Shown: positions 45,782 through 55,662 of the stretch, piece by piece
Position numbering within the stretch: the stretch's first letter is position 1
Layout: each line of letters begins with the position of its first letter
Origin: Candidatus Saccharimonadota bacterium
Lineage (GTDB): Bacteria; Patescibacteriota; Saccharimonadia; Saccharimonadales; Saccharimonadaceae
Assembly: GCA_013333495.2 (NCBI GenBank)
Contig: JABCOR020000006.1
Location: 11,021 to 75,020, forward strand
Length of the DNA stretch: 64,000 nucleotides
Direction of reading: 5' to 3'
Program-made: the position numbers and the translations under genes
Notes under the pieces: generated by a model
Seen by the model: only the letters and a program-made list of their open reading frames with translations
Told to the model about the DNA's origin: nothing
The model's database searches: none

Positions 45782-46309
45782 CTACATTAAGGTATCTACT
45801 GCAGCCCATGTTGCGTCTGGGTTGTCAGCTGGAATGATGATGCTAACTTGATCGCCAGGAGTGAGGCCAAAGTAAGTGACACTGGCCAGTAGCACACGGT
45901 ATTCCTTGCCGTTGGCTTCAATATATGTGGTGCCGTCGTGGCGCACAACGGTGCCGATTACTTGCTTGCGTGGTACTGGGCCAATTTGCTTATAGATAAG
46001 CTTACCGGTTTCTTCATCAACGGTAAGCTTAAGAATATCGCCTTCAACAAGCTTTGATTTTGAGGCATAGTTTGGTGACATGCCGTGTAGTTTGCCATCT
46101 GGGCCAACCATCTCTTTGCCGTTAAAAACTCCCTCAATAACGACGCCGCTTACTTCACTCGCAGGCATAACAGTTGTTGGCACACCGATCAGCTTTCCAT
46201 CATCGCCCGTTAGGCTGAGGAGTAATTCATTGGCGGCTGCTACCGAAGTCTCCACGTCCGATAGTATTTTTTGGAGCCGTCGTAGCTGTTTTTCTGGTAA
46301 TTCAGACAT
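45782..46309 (-). CDS. hypothetical protein (175 aa)
   Basis: Track ORF. N-terminal helix and beta-rich C-terminus. No domain recognised. Confidence 0.6.
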   Translation of the reverse strand: MSELPEKQLRRLQKILSDVETSVAAANELLLSLTGDDGKLIGVPTTVMPASEVSGVVIEGVFNGKEMVGPDGKLHGMSPNYASKSKLVEGDILKLTVDEETGKLIYKQIGPVPRKQVIGTVVRHDGTTYIEANGKEYRVLLASVTYFGLTPGDQVSIIIPADNPDATWAAVDTLM

Positions 46310-46675
46310 ATAATTCTCTCGCAGTTTCCTCTTGTCTGTGTTTATACATAGTATCTTCTGGCATTGTACCCTCGAGCAGTGGTATTGTCAATAATATAAT
46401 AAAATCGTTGTGTAAAGTACCATACCCCCATATGACTTTTCCCCAGGTTTTACAGGGGTAGAATAAAAAGTGTTGCTTTTTTAACAGGATATATTGGTAA
46501 GGTCGTCAAATTGTTACTCTGCTTTATTAACCAAAAACCCCTCGCCTGATGCAAAGGTTATCTACGCGCGGGAGTTTTCGCAAACTGCCAAGATACCGAG
46601 CAGGGCAAGGGGTTATATGGATCCATTAACACATGCAGGAGACTATATGTTGGATAGTGCTATACGCACCAAACC

Positions 46676-47041
46676 TTATACGAGTTCAACTGAAGCGCCA
46701 GCTTCTTCAAGCTTCTTCTTTGCTTCTTCTGCTTCGTCTTTAGAAACGTTCTCTACAACTGCTGATGGCGCGTTGTCAACGATTGCCTTTGCTTCACCAA
46801 GTCCAAGGCCAGTAATTTCCTTAACAGCCTTGATTACTGGAACCTTCTGTCCACCAGCGTCGGTTAGGTTTACCGTAAACTCGGTCTTTTCGTCTGCTGC
46901 GTCTGCAGCAGGACCAGCAGCGGCTACTGCTACTGCAGCTGGCTCGATGCCGTATTCATCTTTCAAGTGGTTCTTTAGTTCGTTTGCTTCAAGAATAGTC
47001 AAAGCAACGAGCTCTTCAGCCAATTTTTTAATGTCAGCCAT
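46676..47041 (-). CDS. rplL: 50S ribosomal protein L7/L12
   Basis: N-terminal dimerisation helix, Ala/Gly/Pro hinge and C-terminal [20 protein letters not shown]. Confidence 0.96.
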   Translation of the reverse strand: MADIKKLAEELVALTILEANELKNHLKDEYGIEPAAVAVAAAGPAADAADEKTEFTVNLTDAGGQKVPVIKAVKEITGLGLGEAKAIVDNAPSAVVENVSKDEAEEAKKKLEEAGASVELV

Positions 47042-47123
47042 ATTGCTCCTTTATGTAATGCCCCTGGGGGCGGTTTGTATCAAATTAATGTATAAATGTG
47101 CACACTACAGGCGTGCAAGGTTG

Positions 47124-47636
47124 TTAGTTGGTTGCTTCTTTGCGGAAGTCCAGCTCTTCGTTGGTAAGACCACCAGTAATGGTGTTGACCGGAGAAAGCA
47201 GTGTATCCACGATCTGGCCAATAAGCTGATCTTTGCCTGGTAGTTCAGATAGTGTTGTGACAGTCTCGGTGTCGAGTGTCTCTCCACTTTCGTTGAACGC
47301 ACCAACAAGTTTCATTGTTGGGTGAGTTTTGGCAAATTTACCAAGCACCTGTGCAGCTGCGATTTCGTCTTCATCAGAAAACGCATATACCAACTGGCCC
47401 TGCAACGCTGAAGTGTCGGTGCTTTTTAGTGCCTCAACATCTTGCATCGCAACACGTACCAGGCGGTTTTTAACGATCCTGATCGTAACGCCAGCTTCAC
47501 GAGCATCTCGGCGCAGCTCCTGCATATCAGCAACAGACAGACCTTTGTATTCAGCAAAGGCAGTCATTTTTGCATCAGTCAGGCTGGTGCGAAGACTAGC
47601 AACCAAAGATTGTTTTTTATCGCGTGAAATTGCCAT
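47124..47636 (-). CDS. rplJ: 50S ribosomal protein L10
   Basis: Position upstream of rplL. L10 N-terminal block KK..V..L...L. Confidence 0.93.
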   Translation of the reverse strand: MAISRDKKQSLVASLRTSLTDAKMTAFAEYKGLSVADMQELRRDAREAGVTIRIVKNRLVRVAMQDVEALKSTDTSALQGQLVYAFSDEDEIAAAQVLGKFAKTHPTMKLVGAFNESGETLDTETVTTLSELPGKDQLIGQIVDTLLSPVNTITGGLTNEELDFRKEATN

Positions 47637-47830
47637 AAAATAACGCTCCTTGTGAGTTTTATAGTTTCTAAAAATAGTCTCCCTGCTTGTTAATGTTCAG
47701 TTGAACCGGTGACGTCCGTGTGTAGTTTGGGCGTCAGGCAATATGTCAAAAGAGGTGAATAAAGAAATGAATCCTCGGTAGCAAATTAAGTATGTTTATA
47801 ACATACAGCTACTGTCTTTGGCATAATGCT
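47637..47830 (-). promoter_or_regulatory. rplJ 5' leader (candidate L10-leader autoregulatory RNA)
   Basis: About 190 nt untranslated between the extended -10 TGTTATAAT (-10 at 47838-47843, minus strand) and the rplJ ATG. Position is analogous to known L10 leaders. Structure was not verified. Confidence 0.4.
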
Positions 47831-47867
47831 AGGCACATTATAACATAGCCCCGTGACTAGGCGCAAT

Positions 47868-47894
47868 AAAATACCCCAAGAGATGGGGTATTTT
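47868..47894 (-). terminator. Intrinsic terminator after rplA
   Basis: AAAATACCCCA-AGAGA-TGGGGTATTTT perfect hairpin flanked by A/T tracts. Confidence 0.8.
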
Positions 47895-47926
47895 TGTGGG
47901 TAGTGCGCTAAAATGAGCAAATTAGC

Positions 47927-48937
47927 CTATGCGTTTTGCACTTCAACCGCAATGCTTGGTCCCATAGTAGTGGTGATTGCGATTGACTTGATGTATGCAC
48001 CCTTGATTGAGCTTGGCTTTTGCGCCTGCAAGCTTGCAAAGAATGTTGTAAGGTTCTCCGCTAGTTTTTCGCCACCAAAGCTGACCTTGCCAGCTGCGAG
48101 GTGTACAATAGCCTGCTTATCTACGCGGTACTCAACCTTACCAGCCTTTGATTCAGTTACAGCCTTTGCAATGTCGGTTGTAACGGTGCCGCTCTTTGGG
48201 TTTGGCATCAAGCCGCGAGGGCCAAGCAAACGTGCAAATTTACCAAGTTTTGGCATGTACTGAGGAGTTGCAATAAGTACGTCGAAATCAAGCTGTTCTT
48301 TTTCAAGCTGCTTGATGAATTCCTCGTCTCCTACAATGTCAGCACCTGCTTCTTTAGCGGCAGCGTGTAGGTCTTCTGGAGCAAATACTGCAACGCGTAC
48401 ATTCTTACCAGTTCCGTGTGGCAACGATACGGTTGCACGGATGTTCTGGTCTGCTTGGCGTGGGTCAACACCAAGTCGTACGTGAACCTCAACGCTGGCG
48501 TCAAATGTAGTAGGGCTAGTCTTTGTTGCTAGCTCGAGTGCTTCAGCGAGTGAGTATAGCTTACCCTTCTCAACGAGCTTAGCAGCAGCTTGGTATTTCT
48601 TGCCGCGACGCTCGATGCGTGGGCGTACAACTGGCTTTGGACCCTTCTTTTCAGTAGCTTCGTTTTCGCCTTGTGGGCTTGTGTCGCCTTCAAGCTTGCG
48701 GAGCTCTTTCTCAGCCCTCTCTTCAGCTTCACGAAGTGCCTTAGCGCTGCGCTTACCTGCTTTGGCAGCTCCCTGCTCTTTAGTGACGGTTTCTGCTACC
48801 TCTGGAGCAGTTAGCTCTTCCTCTGATGGAGCTTTTGCTTCAGCAATTGCTGCTTCAATTTCAGCAATAGTGTTGCGCTCGGTGAGGCTCAGGCCAAGGT
48901 CGTGTGCCTTTTCGAGCAACTCTGCTTTTCGTGCCAT
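47927..48937 (-). CDS. rplA: 50S ribosomal protein L1 with a ~110-aa N-terminal extension
   Basis: The canonical L1 core starts at [21 protein letters not shown]...[12 protein letters not shown]. The upstream in-frame part is [30 protein letters not shown] plus a Lys/Glu/Ala-rich linker. Start taken at the ATG at 48937 (GAAAGGA 7 nt upstream). Confidence 0.9.
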   Translation of the reverse strand: MARKAELLEKAHDLGLSLTERNTIAEIEAAIAEAKAPSEEELTAPEVAETVTKEQGAAKAGKRSAKALREAEERAEKELRKLEGDTSPQGENEATEKKGPKPVVRPRIERRGKKYQAAAKLVEKGKLYSLAEALELATKTSPTTFDASVEVHVRLGVDPRQADQNIRATVSLPHGTGKNVRVAVFAPEDLHAAAKEAGADIVGDEEFIKQLEKEQLDFDVLIATPQYMPKLGKFARLLGPRGLMPNPKSGTVTTDIAKAVTESKAGKVEYRVDKQAIVHLAAGKVSFGGEKLAENLTTFFASLQAQKPSSIKGAYIKSIAITTTMGPSIAVEVQNA

Positions 48938-49119
48938 ATATGTCATCCTTTCTTGTGGTGCAAACGGTTGAACCTCAACCTCCCAACTAAATTAATGGCG
49001 TTAATAACCTATGCATTATACCACAGTGGCAGGCGCATCAGCAATGACTTATCAGCACATTACCACAAGCAGAAAGCAAGGTGGCGGTGCCATTCAATCG
49101 GTGGTACTATAATAAGTAT

Positions 49120-50424
49120 ATGGAGAGTATAACGATTATTGACATTGCGGCGCGTCAGATTTTAGATTCGCGCGGCAACCCTACCGTGGAGGCGGATGTA
49201 TTATTAAGTAATGGCTATCGTGGCCGAGCGGCTGTTCCATCTGGAGCGAGTACCGGGTCGCGAGAGGCTGTTGAAAAACGAGACGGTGATCCAGCTCGAT
49301 TCGGTGGTAAGAGCGTATACGGCGCTGTACAGGCTATCAAAGAGACGATTCGCCCTGCCCTGAAAGGCAAGAGTCCATTTGAGCAGCGACAAATCGATGA
49401 ACTGCTAAAGCAGCTTGATGGCACAGAGAACAAATCAAAACTTGGAGCGAACGCAATTTTGGCGGTCAGCTTGGCAGTTGCTAAAGCGGCCGCAAATGCA
49501 CGCCAGCAGCCACTACATGACTATATTGGTGAGATGGCATTTACGCTCAATGAGCAGTCTATTCCGATGCCAATGATGAACATCATGAATGGTGGAAGCC
49601 ATGCTGCGGGTAGTACTGATATTCAGGAGTACATGATTGTGCCGCTCGCAGCTACTACTATCGAAGAAGCGCTGCAGATTGGTACAGTTGTTTTTCACCA
49701 GCTAAAGAAAGTGCTAGCTAGCCGGGGTTACCCAACGACAGTTGGAGACGAAGGTGGTTATGCACCTCGCGTCCAAAAAGGTAACGCTGAACCACTCCTG
49801 CTTATTATGGAAGCGATCAAAGCAGCAGGCTATGTGCCGGGTGAAGATGTAGCCATTGCGCTCGATGTTGCCTCAAGTGAATTCTATAACGAAGAAGATA
49901 AACTATATCACCTGCAGGTAGAAGGACGCCAGCTACGTTCAGATGAAATGATAGCTTGGTACACGCAGCTTGTGCGAGATTATCCAATTATTTCAATTGA
50001 GGACGGGCTAGATGAAAATGACTGGCCGAACTGGGCCGACCTAACAATTAGCATTGGTTCTGCGGTGCAATTGGTTGGCGATGATTTGCTAGTAACAAAT
50101 ACCAAGCTACTCAAGCGTGCTATTGCGGAACACACGGGTAATGCTATTTTAATTAAGCCAAACCAAATCGGTACCCTTACCGAGACGATTGATGCGGTCA
50201 CTATGGCTAAGCGGGCTGGTTGGCGCACAATTATCTCACACCGATCGGGTGAGACAGAAGACACAACTATTGCGCATTTGGCAGTTGGTCTTGGTGCTGG
50301 TCAAATCAAGACTGGCTCTCTCTCACGTACCGACCGAGTTGCTAAGTACAACGAGCTAATCCGTATTTCAGAAGGGTCTCCGAAGCTAAAGCTAGCTCAA
50401 CCATTTGGTAATCAGGAGGTGTAG
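49120..50424 (+). CDS. eno: enolase
   Basis: [15 protein letters not shown]-terminus and SHRSGETED. Trimmed to MESITI. TATAAT (49108-49113) lies 6 nt upstream and there is no SD. Confidence 0.96.
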   Translation: MESITIIDIAARQILDSRGNPTVEADVLLSNGYRGRAAVPSGASTGSREAVEKRDGDPARFGGKSVYGAVQAIKETIRPALKGKSPFEQRQIDELLKQLDGTENKSKLGANAILAVSLAVAKAAANARQQPLHDYIGEMAFTLNEQSIPMPMMNIMNGGSHAAGSTDIQEYMIVPLAATTIEEALQIGTVVFHQLKKVLASRGYPTTVGDEGGYAPRVQKGNAEPLLLIMEAIKAAGYVPGEDVAIALDVASSEFYNEEDKLYHLQVEGRQLRSDEMIAWYTQLVRDYPIISIEDGLDENDWPNWADLTISIGSAVQLVGDDLLVTNTKLLKRAIAEHTGNAILIKPNQIGTLTETIDAVTMAKRAGWRTIISHRSGETEDTTIAHLAVGLGAGQIKTGSLSRTDRVAKYNELIRISEGSPKLKLAQPFGNQEV

Positions 50425-50428
50425 TCGT

Positions 50429-52264
50429 ATGCCGCGGGTGGTTTGTTATGATGTAACAACGGCAGACGAAACAACGCTCATCGATCCGTTAAAGCGGGCT
50501 GGGTTTGAAGTGCAGGCGTACTCCGGCCCGCTGCAGTATGAGACTATCGATAGGGATGCGGATGTCATCAGTGTGTTTATTGATAGCCAAGTGACCGAAG
50601 AGGTGCTAGAACAAATGCCAAGATTGCGGCTCATTGCAGCGCGCTCTACCGGTACGGATCATATAGCACTTGCTGCGGCTCGTCGCCGCGGCGTTATGGT
50701 GCGCAATGTACCGTCGTATAGCGATTCAACAGTGGCGGAGTACGCCTTCACGCTGCTTCTGACGCTAATGAGAAAACTACCGATTGCCGTGCAAAATGCT
50801 CGCGTCGGTGAAGATGATACCACGTTGTGCACTGGCCAGGATGTGGCTGGCAAAACTATTGGTATTATTGGCACTGGGGCTATTGGCAGCAAGATGGCTC
50901 ATATGGCAGCGGGGTTTGGTATGAAGGTGATTGCCAATGACGTAACGCCTGATACGGCACTGGCTGAAAAACTTGGGCTACAGTATGTACCACTGCCTGA
51001 TCTTTTAGCGCAAAGTGATATTATCTCACTGCACACTCCCCTGCTTGATAGCACTTATCACCTGCTGAATAGCCAGAATATGAATATGCTCAAACCTGGC
51101 GTCGTGCTTATTAATACTGCTCGTGGCGAGCTGATTGACACCCGGGCGCTGCTAGCGGGGCTGGTAACGGGGCGTATTGGTGGTGCTGGGCTCGATACGA
51201 TTGAGGGTGAAGCTTTGCTGTCGCGTCGTGCTTCACTAAAAGCTCTAGCCCGAGCGGAAGTTGCACCAGAGGATAGCCTGAACGTTTCGATTATTCGAAC
51301 CTTGCAGCGGCTGCCAAATGTTATTATTACGCCACACGTCGCATTCAATACAACTGAAGCGATCGCACGAGTTGGGGCTGCGACCGTAAAACATATTACA
51401 GAACTTATGGAGGATATGATGCCACAGTCACTACCAGGGCGCCTTATTATCGTGCGCCACGCAGAGTCAGAATGGAATAAGCTAGGCAAATGGACCGGGC
51501 GGACAGATGTGCACATTACGCCACATGGCGCCAGCCAGGCGATTCAACTTGGCCAAAAGCTTGCTGCTAGCGGTATTACTGCAGATGTTGCGCTTACCTC
51601 AAAGCTGGTGCGCACACAAGACACCTGGAACTCTCTTCGTCATGGCGCAGGCTACACCATATCGAGCCGAGCCGCTAGTGCGTTAAATGAGCGTGATTAC
51701 GGTGTGTACACTGGAAAAAACAAACACCAGGTGCAGGCTGAGATTGGCGATGCTGCATACAATGCACTGCGTCGCAGTTGGAATGGCCCGGTAGAGGGTG
51801 GCGAAACATTGCAGGATGTGTATGTTCGCGCCATACCATTCTATATGGCAGAGATTTTGCCACAGTTAGCTGCTGGTAAAAATGTGCTAATCGTATCCCA
51901 CGGTAATACTATTCGAGCACTGATGAAGTATCTTGAGCAAATTTCAGATGAAGCTATTAGCAGCGTAGAAATGCCGCATGATGTTGCACTGGTGTACGAA
52001 GTAAATGCAGATGGCCATATGGTGCATAAGGAGATGATCGAAGCTCCTACGGGGCAGCCGGATATTCCGGCTAGTGAGTTGCCACAAGATGTTGTGCAGG
52101 CACTTGGGCTTGATCAGCAGAACGCTGCGCCGGTAGCAACCCAGCCTGCTCCTCGGGCAGCATCTGCAGCGCGCGCTAGTCAGCCACAGCCAGCGCGTAG
52201 AGTTGATTCGTTTAGGCCACAGCGTCCTACAAGCAGTAATCGCGGCGGCAGGCTTGTGCAGTAG
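50429..52264 (+). CDS. fusion protein: D-isomer-specific 2-hydroxyacid dehydrogenase (N) + dPGM-type histidine phosphatase (C) + Pro/Ala/Gln-rich tail
   Basis: GIIGTGAIGSKMA NAD fold, INTARGELID, ITPHVAFNT. From about 51438: RLIIVRHAESEWNKLGKWTGRTDV and SHGNTIRAL. AGGAGG RBS. Starts 4 nt after the eno stop. Confidence 0.85.
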   Translation: MPRVVCYDVTTADETTLIDPLKRAGFEVQAYSGPLQYETIDRDADVISVFIDSQVTEEVLEQMPRLRLIAARSTGTDHIALAAARRRGVMVRNVPSYSDSTVAEYAFTLLLTLMRKLPIAVQNARVGEDDTTLCTGQDVAGKTIGIIGTGAIGSKMAHMAAGFGMKVIANDVTPDTALAEKLGLQYVPLPDLLAQSDIISLHTPLLDSTYHLLNSQNMNMLKPGVVLINTARGELIDTRALLAGLVTGRIGGAGLDTIEGEALLSRRASLKALARAEVAPEDSLNVSIIRTLQRLPNVIITPHVAFNTTEAIARVGAATVKHITELMEDMMPQSLPGRLIIVRHAESEWNKLGKWTGRTDVHITPHGASQAIQLGQKLAASGITADVALTSKLVRTQDTWNSLRHGAGYTISSRAASALNERDYGVYTGKNKHQVQAEIGDAAYNALRRSWNGPVEGGETLQDVYVRAIPFYMAEILPQLAAGKNVLIVSHGNTIRALMKYLEQISDEAISSVEMPHDVALVYEVNADGHMVHKEMIEAPTGQPDIPASELPQDVVQALGLDQQNAAPVATQPAPRAASAARASQPQPARRVDSFRPQRPTSSNRGGRLVQ

Positions 52265-52285
52265 GTTTTATGCACACTACTATTG

Positions 52286-52310
52286 CCCACCGGAAGATCG
52301 GTGGGTTTTT
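52286..52310 (+). terminator. Intrinsic terminator after the fusion gene
   Basis: CCCACCG-GAAGAT-CGGTGGG followed by TTTTT. Confidence 0.8.
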
Positions 52311-52323
52311 AGTGCCATGAGAT

Positions 52324-53304
52324 TTAGCTACTTTTTTGTAACACTGCAACAAAAAATGCTTCATAGTGTGGCTGTGGTGGAATACGGAGTGTATCGTTAA
52401 CTATAGTAGGTGCAATTGTGATGGTATTCCACGCAGGCAACGAGTGCGTTTGTAGTTCTGGCGGCACAAATGGTGGAGCTACAAGTGTGGCGTCGCTGTG
52501 TTTGCGCAAAAAATGATAGAGCACTAGTTCGTTTTCTTCTGGGGCTATGGTGCAAGTGCTATAAACGAGCCTTCCCCCGGCTCGAAGCTGGCTCCACGCA
52601 GTGGAAAGAAGTGATTTCTGTGTATGCGCTAGCCGACGAATATGCGCCACCGACCAGGTATTGATACTTTTTGGTTGAGCTGCCTGTAAGAGCCCCTCGC
52701 CACTGCACGGCGCATCAAGCAAGATAGCGTCATATTGCTTTATCATTTCTTCTCGTGGTGGCTTGGTCATATCGCGCAGTGTGCATTTAGCATTAGTAAC
52801 GCCAAGGCGCTGCAAGTTTTGCGTAAGCTTGAAAAGCCGATGGCGCGAATTATCGTTAGCAGTAATGTGTGCAGTATTATTGCTCAGCGCGGCTAGGTGA
52901 GAGGTTTTCCCGCCTGGCGCAGCGCACATATCAAGCACACGTTCGCCTGGTTTGGGCTGTAAAAAAAGCGGAGGCAGCCAGCTAGAGGCATTCTGCACAT
53001 AGCATGCGCCAGACGCTGCTTGTAGATCTTCAAAATTCCGCACATCTTCAGTGATTACGGCAGGACGCCGCCAGCCGGTTTGGTGCGGCATCCAACCCAC
53101 CTCCGTGTAGCCAAGTTGTTGCAGCTGTGGGGCGATACTGCTCGGATCTGCAACTAGGTTATTAATGCGAAGACTTTGTTGCAACGGTTGGCTCATGGCC
53201 GCGGTTACAGTTTCTTCCGAACACTGCAATATCTGCCCGGTGCGTGATAGGAATTGCTGCCATTTTTGTGCTCGTTTTTGTTCTAAAGAGGTTCGTTTTC
53301 CCAT
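52324..53304 (-). CDS. RsmB/NOL1/NOP2/Sun-family RNA cytosine-C5 methyltransferase
   Basis: DMCAAPGGKT, DAPCSGEG and YSTCT motifs. Trimmed to MGKRTS. Confidence 0.85.
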   Translation of the reverse strand: MGKRTSLEQKRAQKWQQFLSRTGQILQCSEETVTAAMSQPLQQSLRINNLVADPSSIAPQLQQLGYTEVGWMPHQTGWRRPAVITEDVRNFEDLQAASGACYVQNASSWLPPLFLQPKPGERVLDMCAAPGGKTSHLAALSNNTAHITANDNSRHRLFKLTQNLQRLGVTNAKCTLRDMTKPPREEMIKQYDAILLDAPCSGEGLLQAAQPKSINTWSVAHIRRLAHTQKSLLSTAWSQLRAGGRLVYSTCTIAPEENELVLYHFLRKHSDATLVAPPFVPPELQTHSLPAWNTITIAPTIVNDTLRIPPQPHYEAFFVAVLQKSS

Positions 53305-53391
53305 AATAGCTATTGTATCATGCGGGCACAAGAAAAATGCAGCCCTGCGTATTTGCAGAGCTGCATCGGTGTAGTCTGTGACGTGTATGAT

Positions 53392-53817
53392 CTATTCAAC
53401 GACTTCAACGCCCATCGAGCGAGCTGATCCGGCGATGGTCTTCATAGCACCTTCTACTGAAATAGCATTGAGGTGTTCCATTTTTGCCTCAGCAATTTCA
53501 CGAACCTGGTCTTGAGTGATTGTACCAACTTTATCAGTTTTACTGTTGGCAGCACCCTTTTGAATACCAGCTTTTTCACGAATCATGTCGTCTACTGGCT
53601 GTCCGAGGCTCTTCCAGCTAAAGCTGCGGTCATCGAACACCTGCAGGTGCACAATAACATCCTTGCCCATCATGTCTTTAGTTGCTTCGTTGAATGGGTT
53701 GATGAAGTCCATCATATTAAGACCCCACTGACCAAGTGTTGAACCAACTGGAGGCCCAGCAGTTGCGCGGCCAGCTGGAATACGAAGCTTCAAGTTTCCA
53801 ATAACTTTCTTTGCCAT
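53392..53817 (-). CDS. rplK: 50S ribosomal protein L11
   Basis: KLRIPAGRATAGPPVGSTLGQ N-terminal block. Confidence 0.96.
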   Translation of the reverse strand: MAKKVIGNLKLRIPAGRATAGPPVGSTLGQWGLNMMDFINPFNEATKDMMGKDVIVHLQVFDDRSFSWKSLGQPVDDMIREKAGIQKGAANSKTDKVGTITQDQVREIAEAKMEHLNAISVEGAMKTIAGSARSMGVEVVE

Positions 53818-53919
53818 ACTAATTCCTTATACTTTTGCTTAGCTTAACCTAAAATAGTAGAAGCATTTGTTGCGTAACATGCCTATTTTAGCACGCACTA
53901 ATTGGGCAGTGCAAGCTGC

Positions 53920-54465
53920 TTACAGCTTCTTTACCTGAAGTGCATCTAGCTCAACTGGGGTGTCACGACCAAACATACTGACCATCACGCGCAAGGTCCC
54001 CTTCTGTACGTCAACTTCAGAGATTGACCCCTCGAAGCCCTTAAATGGGCCATCAACGATCGAGACAACCTCTCCCTCGCTGAAGTCTATTTGGTGAGTT
54101 GGCTCTTCTACGCCCATACGCTGCTTAATCTTCTTGATCTCTGCTTCAGAAACAGGGGTAGGCTTGGTGCCTGCACCGATAAAGCCAGTCACATCTGGGA
54201 TATTGCGGATGATATACCATGTCTCATCGGTCAGTTTCATTTCCACCAGCACGTAGCCCTGGAAGATCTTTGCCTCCACTACTTTGCGCTTACCGTTGCG
54301 GATTTGGATTTGTTTCTCTTTCGGTACCAGCGCCTCAAAAATCTTATCTGCCATGTCAACAGCGTTAATGCGTTGCCGGATATTTTCAGCTACTTTTTCT
54401 TCGTAACCGCTGTGCGTTGAAATAGCGTACCAAGCACGTGTGTCGTCGTATCGATTTGTTCCCAT
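53920..54465 (-). CDS. nusG: transcription termination/antitermination factor NusG
   Basis: WYAISTHSGYEEKV NGN domain and C-terminal KOW (GEVVSIVDGPFKGFEGSI). Confidence 0.95.
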   Translation of the reverse strand: MGTNRYDDTRAWYAISTHSGYEEKVAENIRQRINAVDMADKIFEALVPKEKQIQIRNGKRKVVEAKIFQGYVLVEMKLTDETWYIIRNIPDVTGFIGAGTKPTPVSEAEIKKIKQRMGVEEPTHQIDFSEGEVVSIVDGPFKGFEGSISEVDVQKGTLRVMVSMFGRDTPVELDALQVKKL

Positions 54466-54480
54466 GTCTTCCCCTTGTTT

Positions 54481-54852
54481 TTATTTGATTAGTTGTTCTG
54501 ATATAAAGCCAAATAGGGCATCAAGTCCTAGGATTAGGACGATAAAGATGATGCTGTAGACCAGCACGGCTAATGTCATACCCCAGGTAGCGCGGCGAGT
54601 TGGCCAGTGCACTTGCATCAGTTCCCACCATGAGCCGCGGAAGTAGCGACCGATCTTTTTAAAAATATTTTTGGTTGGCGTTGGCGCAATTTTTTCAGCA
54701 GTCATAGCCCGGTGCTTTTGCTCGGCGCGTTTTGCTGGGTCAATCTTTTTTGCTTTGGCAGCTTTTTTTGCGCTAGTATTGCTGCTACTAGCTTTAGCCT
54801 TCCCTGTCGTATTCGCGGTAATGCGAGTAACGTTTGTATCCTTCTTTCCCAC
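54481..54852 (-). CDS. secE: preprotein translocase subunit SecE with a Lys/Ala-rich N-terminal extension, GTG start
   Basis: C-terminal ELMQVHWPTRRATWGMTLAVLVYSIIF TM segment. Position upstream of nusG. Confidence 0.85.
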   Translation of the reverse strand: MGKKDTNVTRITANTTGKAKASSSNTSAKKAAKAKKIDPAKRAEQKHRAMTAEKIAPTPTKNIFKKIGRYFRGSWWELMQVHWPTRRATWGMTLAVLVYSIIFIVLILGLDALFGFISEQLIK

Positions 54853-54936
54853 GATTAATTCCTCTTAGATTAAAAATAGTCTGCTTATGCAGACTGTCAA
54901 TATAAGTATAGCTTGTACGTGGTAAAATGACAAGCG

Positions 54937-55662
54937 TTAGAGGTATGGAGAGTGGCGAGCCAGCAGGGTTTTATCCGCCTGATAATCTGGCTTCATCTGC
55001 GAAACAAGCTGCCAAAATGCTGGGCTATGGTTGAGATGTACGCTGTGCGCGAGCTCGTGGATAATAACGTAGTCGATGGCGCTGTAATGTTCTTGCAACG
55101 AAGCACCAGGTAAAAACAAGAGCGCTATATTAAGGCTGAGGGTGCCACGACTCGAATAGCTTCCCCAGCGGGTGGCACTATGGCTTAACCTAAGCCTCTG
55201 GTACTGCACACCAAGGGGCGCGAATTGTTGAGCTAGCTTTTGTACCCGCTCAGGCAGCAGAAGTTTGGCTTCTTTGCGTAGCACCAGCAGAACCTTTTGG
55301 CGAATGATTGTTTGCACGGCATGTGCAGACGGGCTCATATCTTGTGGAATCGTGATACGTAGCGAGGTGCTCGTAACCGCCGTTGTTATATTTGTGACAG
55401 CTTGCTGCTGGATGATCAACATAATATGGCTAGCAATCATATCCCTATCGGTGTATAAGCGTGGGGCTTGCGTAGCGATCGTCGTCAGCTCGGGCGTTAG
55501 GTCGCGCACTAATTCATACGCCGCAGGTTGCGACATGGGTGGCCGAGGTGTACTGATGCGAATAATGCCGCTTGGCCTACGTCGAATCGTGATTCGTTGG
55601 CTGCGCCGACTAGCCACAAACTGCAATGTCCCAAACTCTGGATGCTGCAACAAGAAGGCCAT
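54937..55662 (-). CDS. YgjP-like (DUF45/M48-related) metal-dependent hydrolase
   Basis: HELAHSVHLNHSPAFW HExxH block near the C-terminus. Followed by the terminator AGTCTGC-TTAT-GCAGACT. Confidence 0.75.
   Translation of the reverse strand: MAFLLQHPEFGTLQFVASRRSQRITIRRRPSGIIRISTPRPPMSQPAAYELVRDLTPELTTIATQAPRLYTDRDMIASHIMLIIQQQAVTNITTAVTSTSLRITIPQDMSPSAHAVQTIIRQKVLLVLRKEAKLLLPERVQKLAQQFAPLGVQYQRLRLSHSATRWGSYSSRGTLSLNIALLFLPGASLQEHYSAIDYVIIHELAHSVHLNHSPAFWQLVSQMKPDYQADKTLLARHSPYL

Noticed and set aside
46494-47243. 249-aa plus-strand ORF
   Set aside because: It lies entirely antisense to rplL and rplJ. It is Ser/Ala/Phe-rich low-complexity sequence with no RBS. It is a typical shadow ORF of highly expressed genes.
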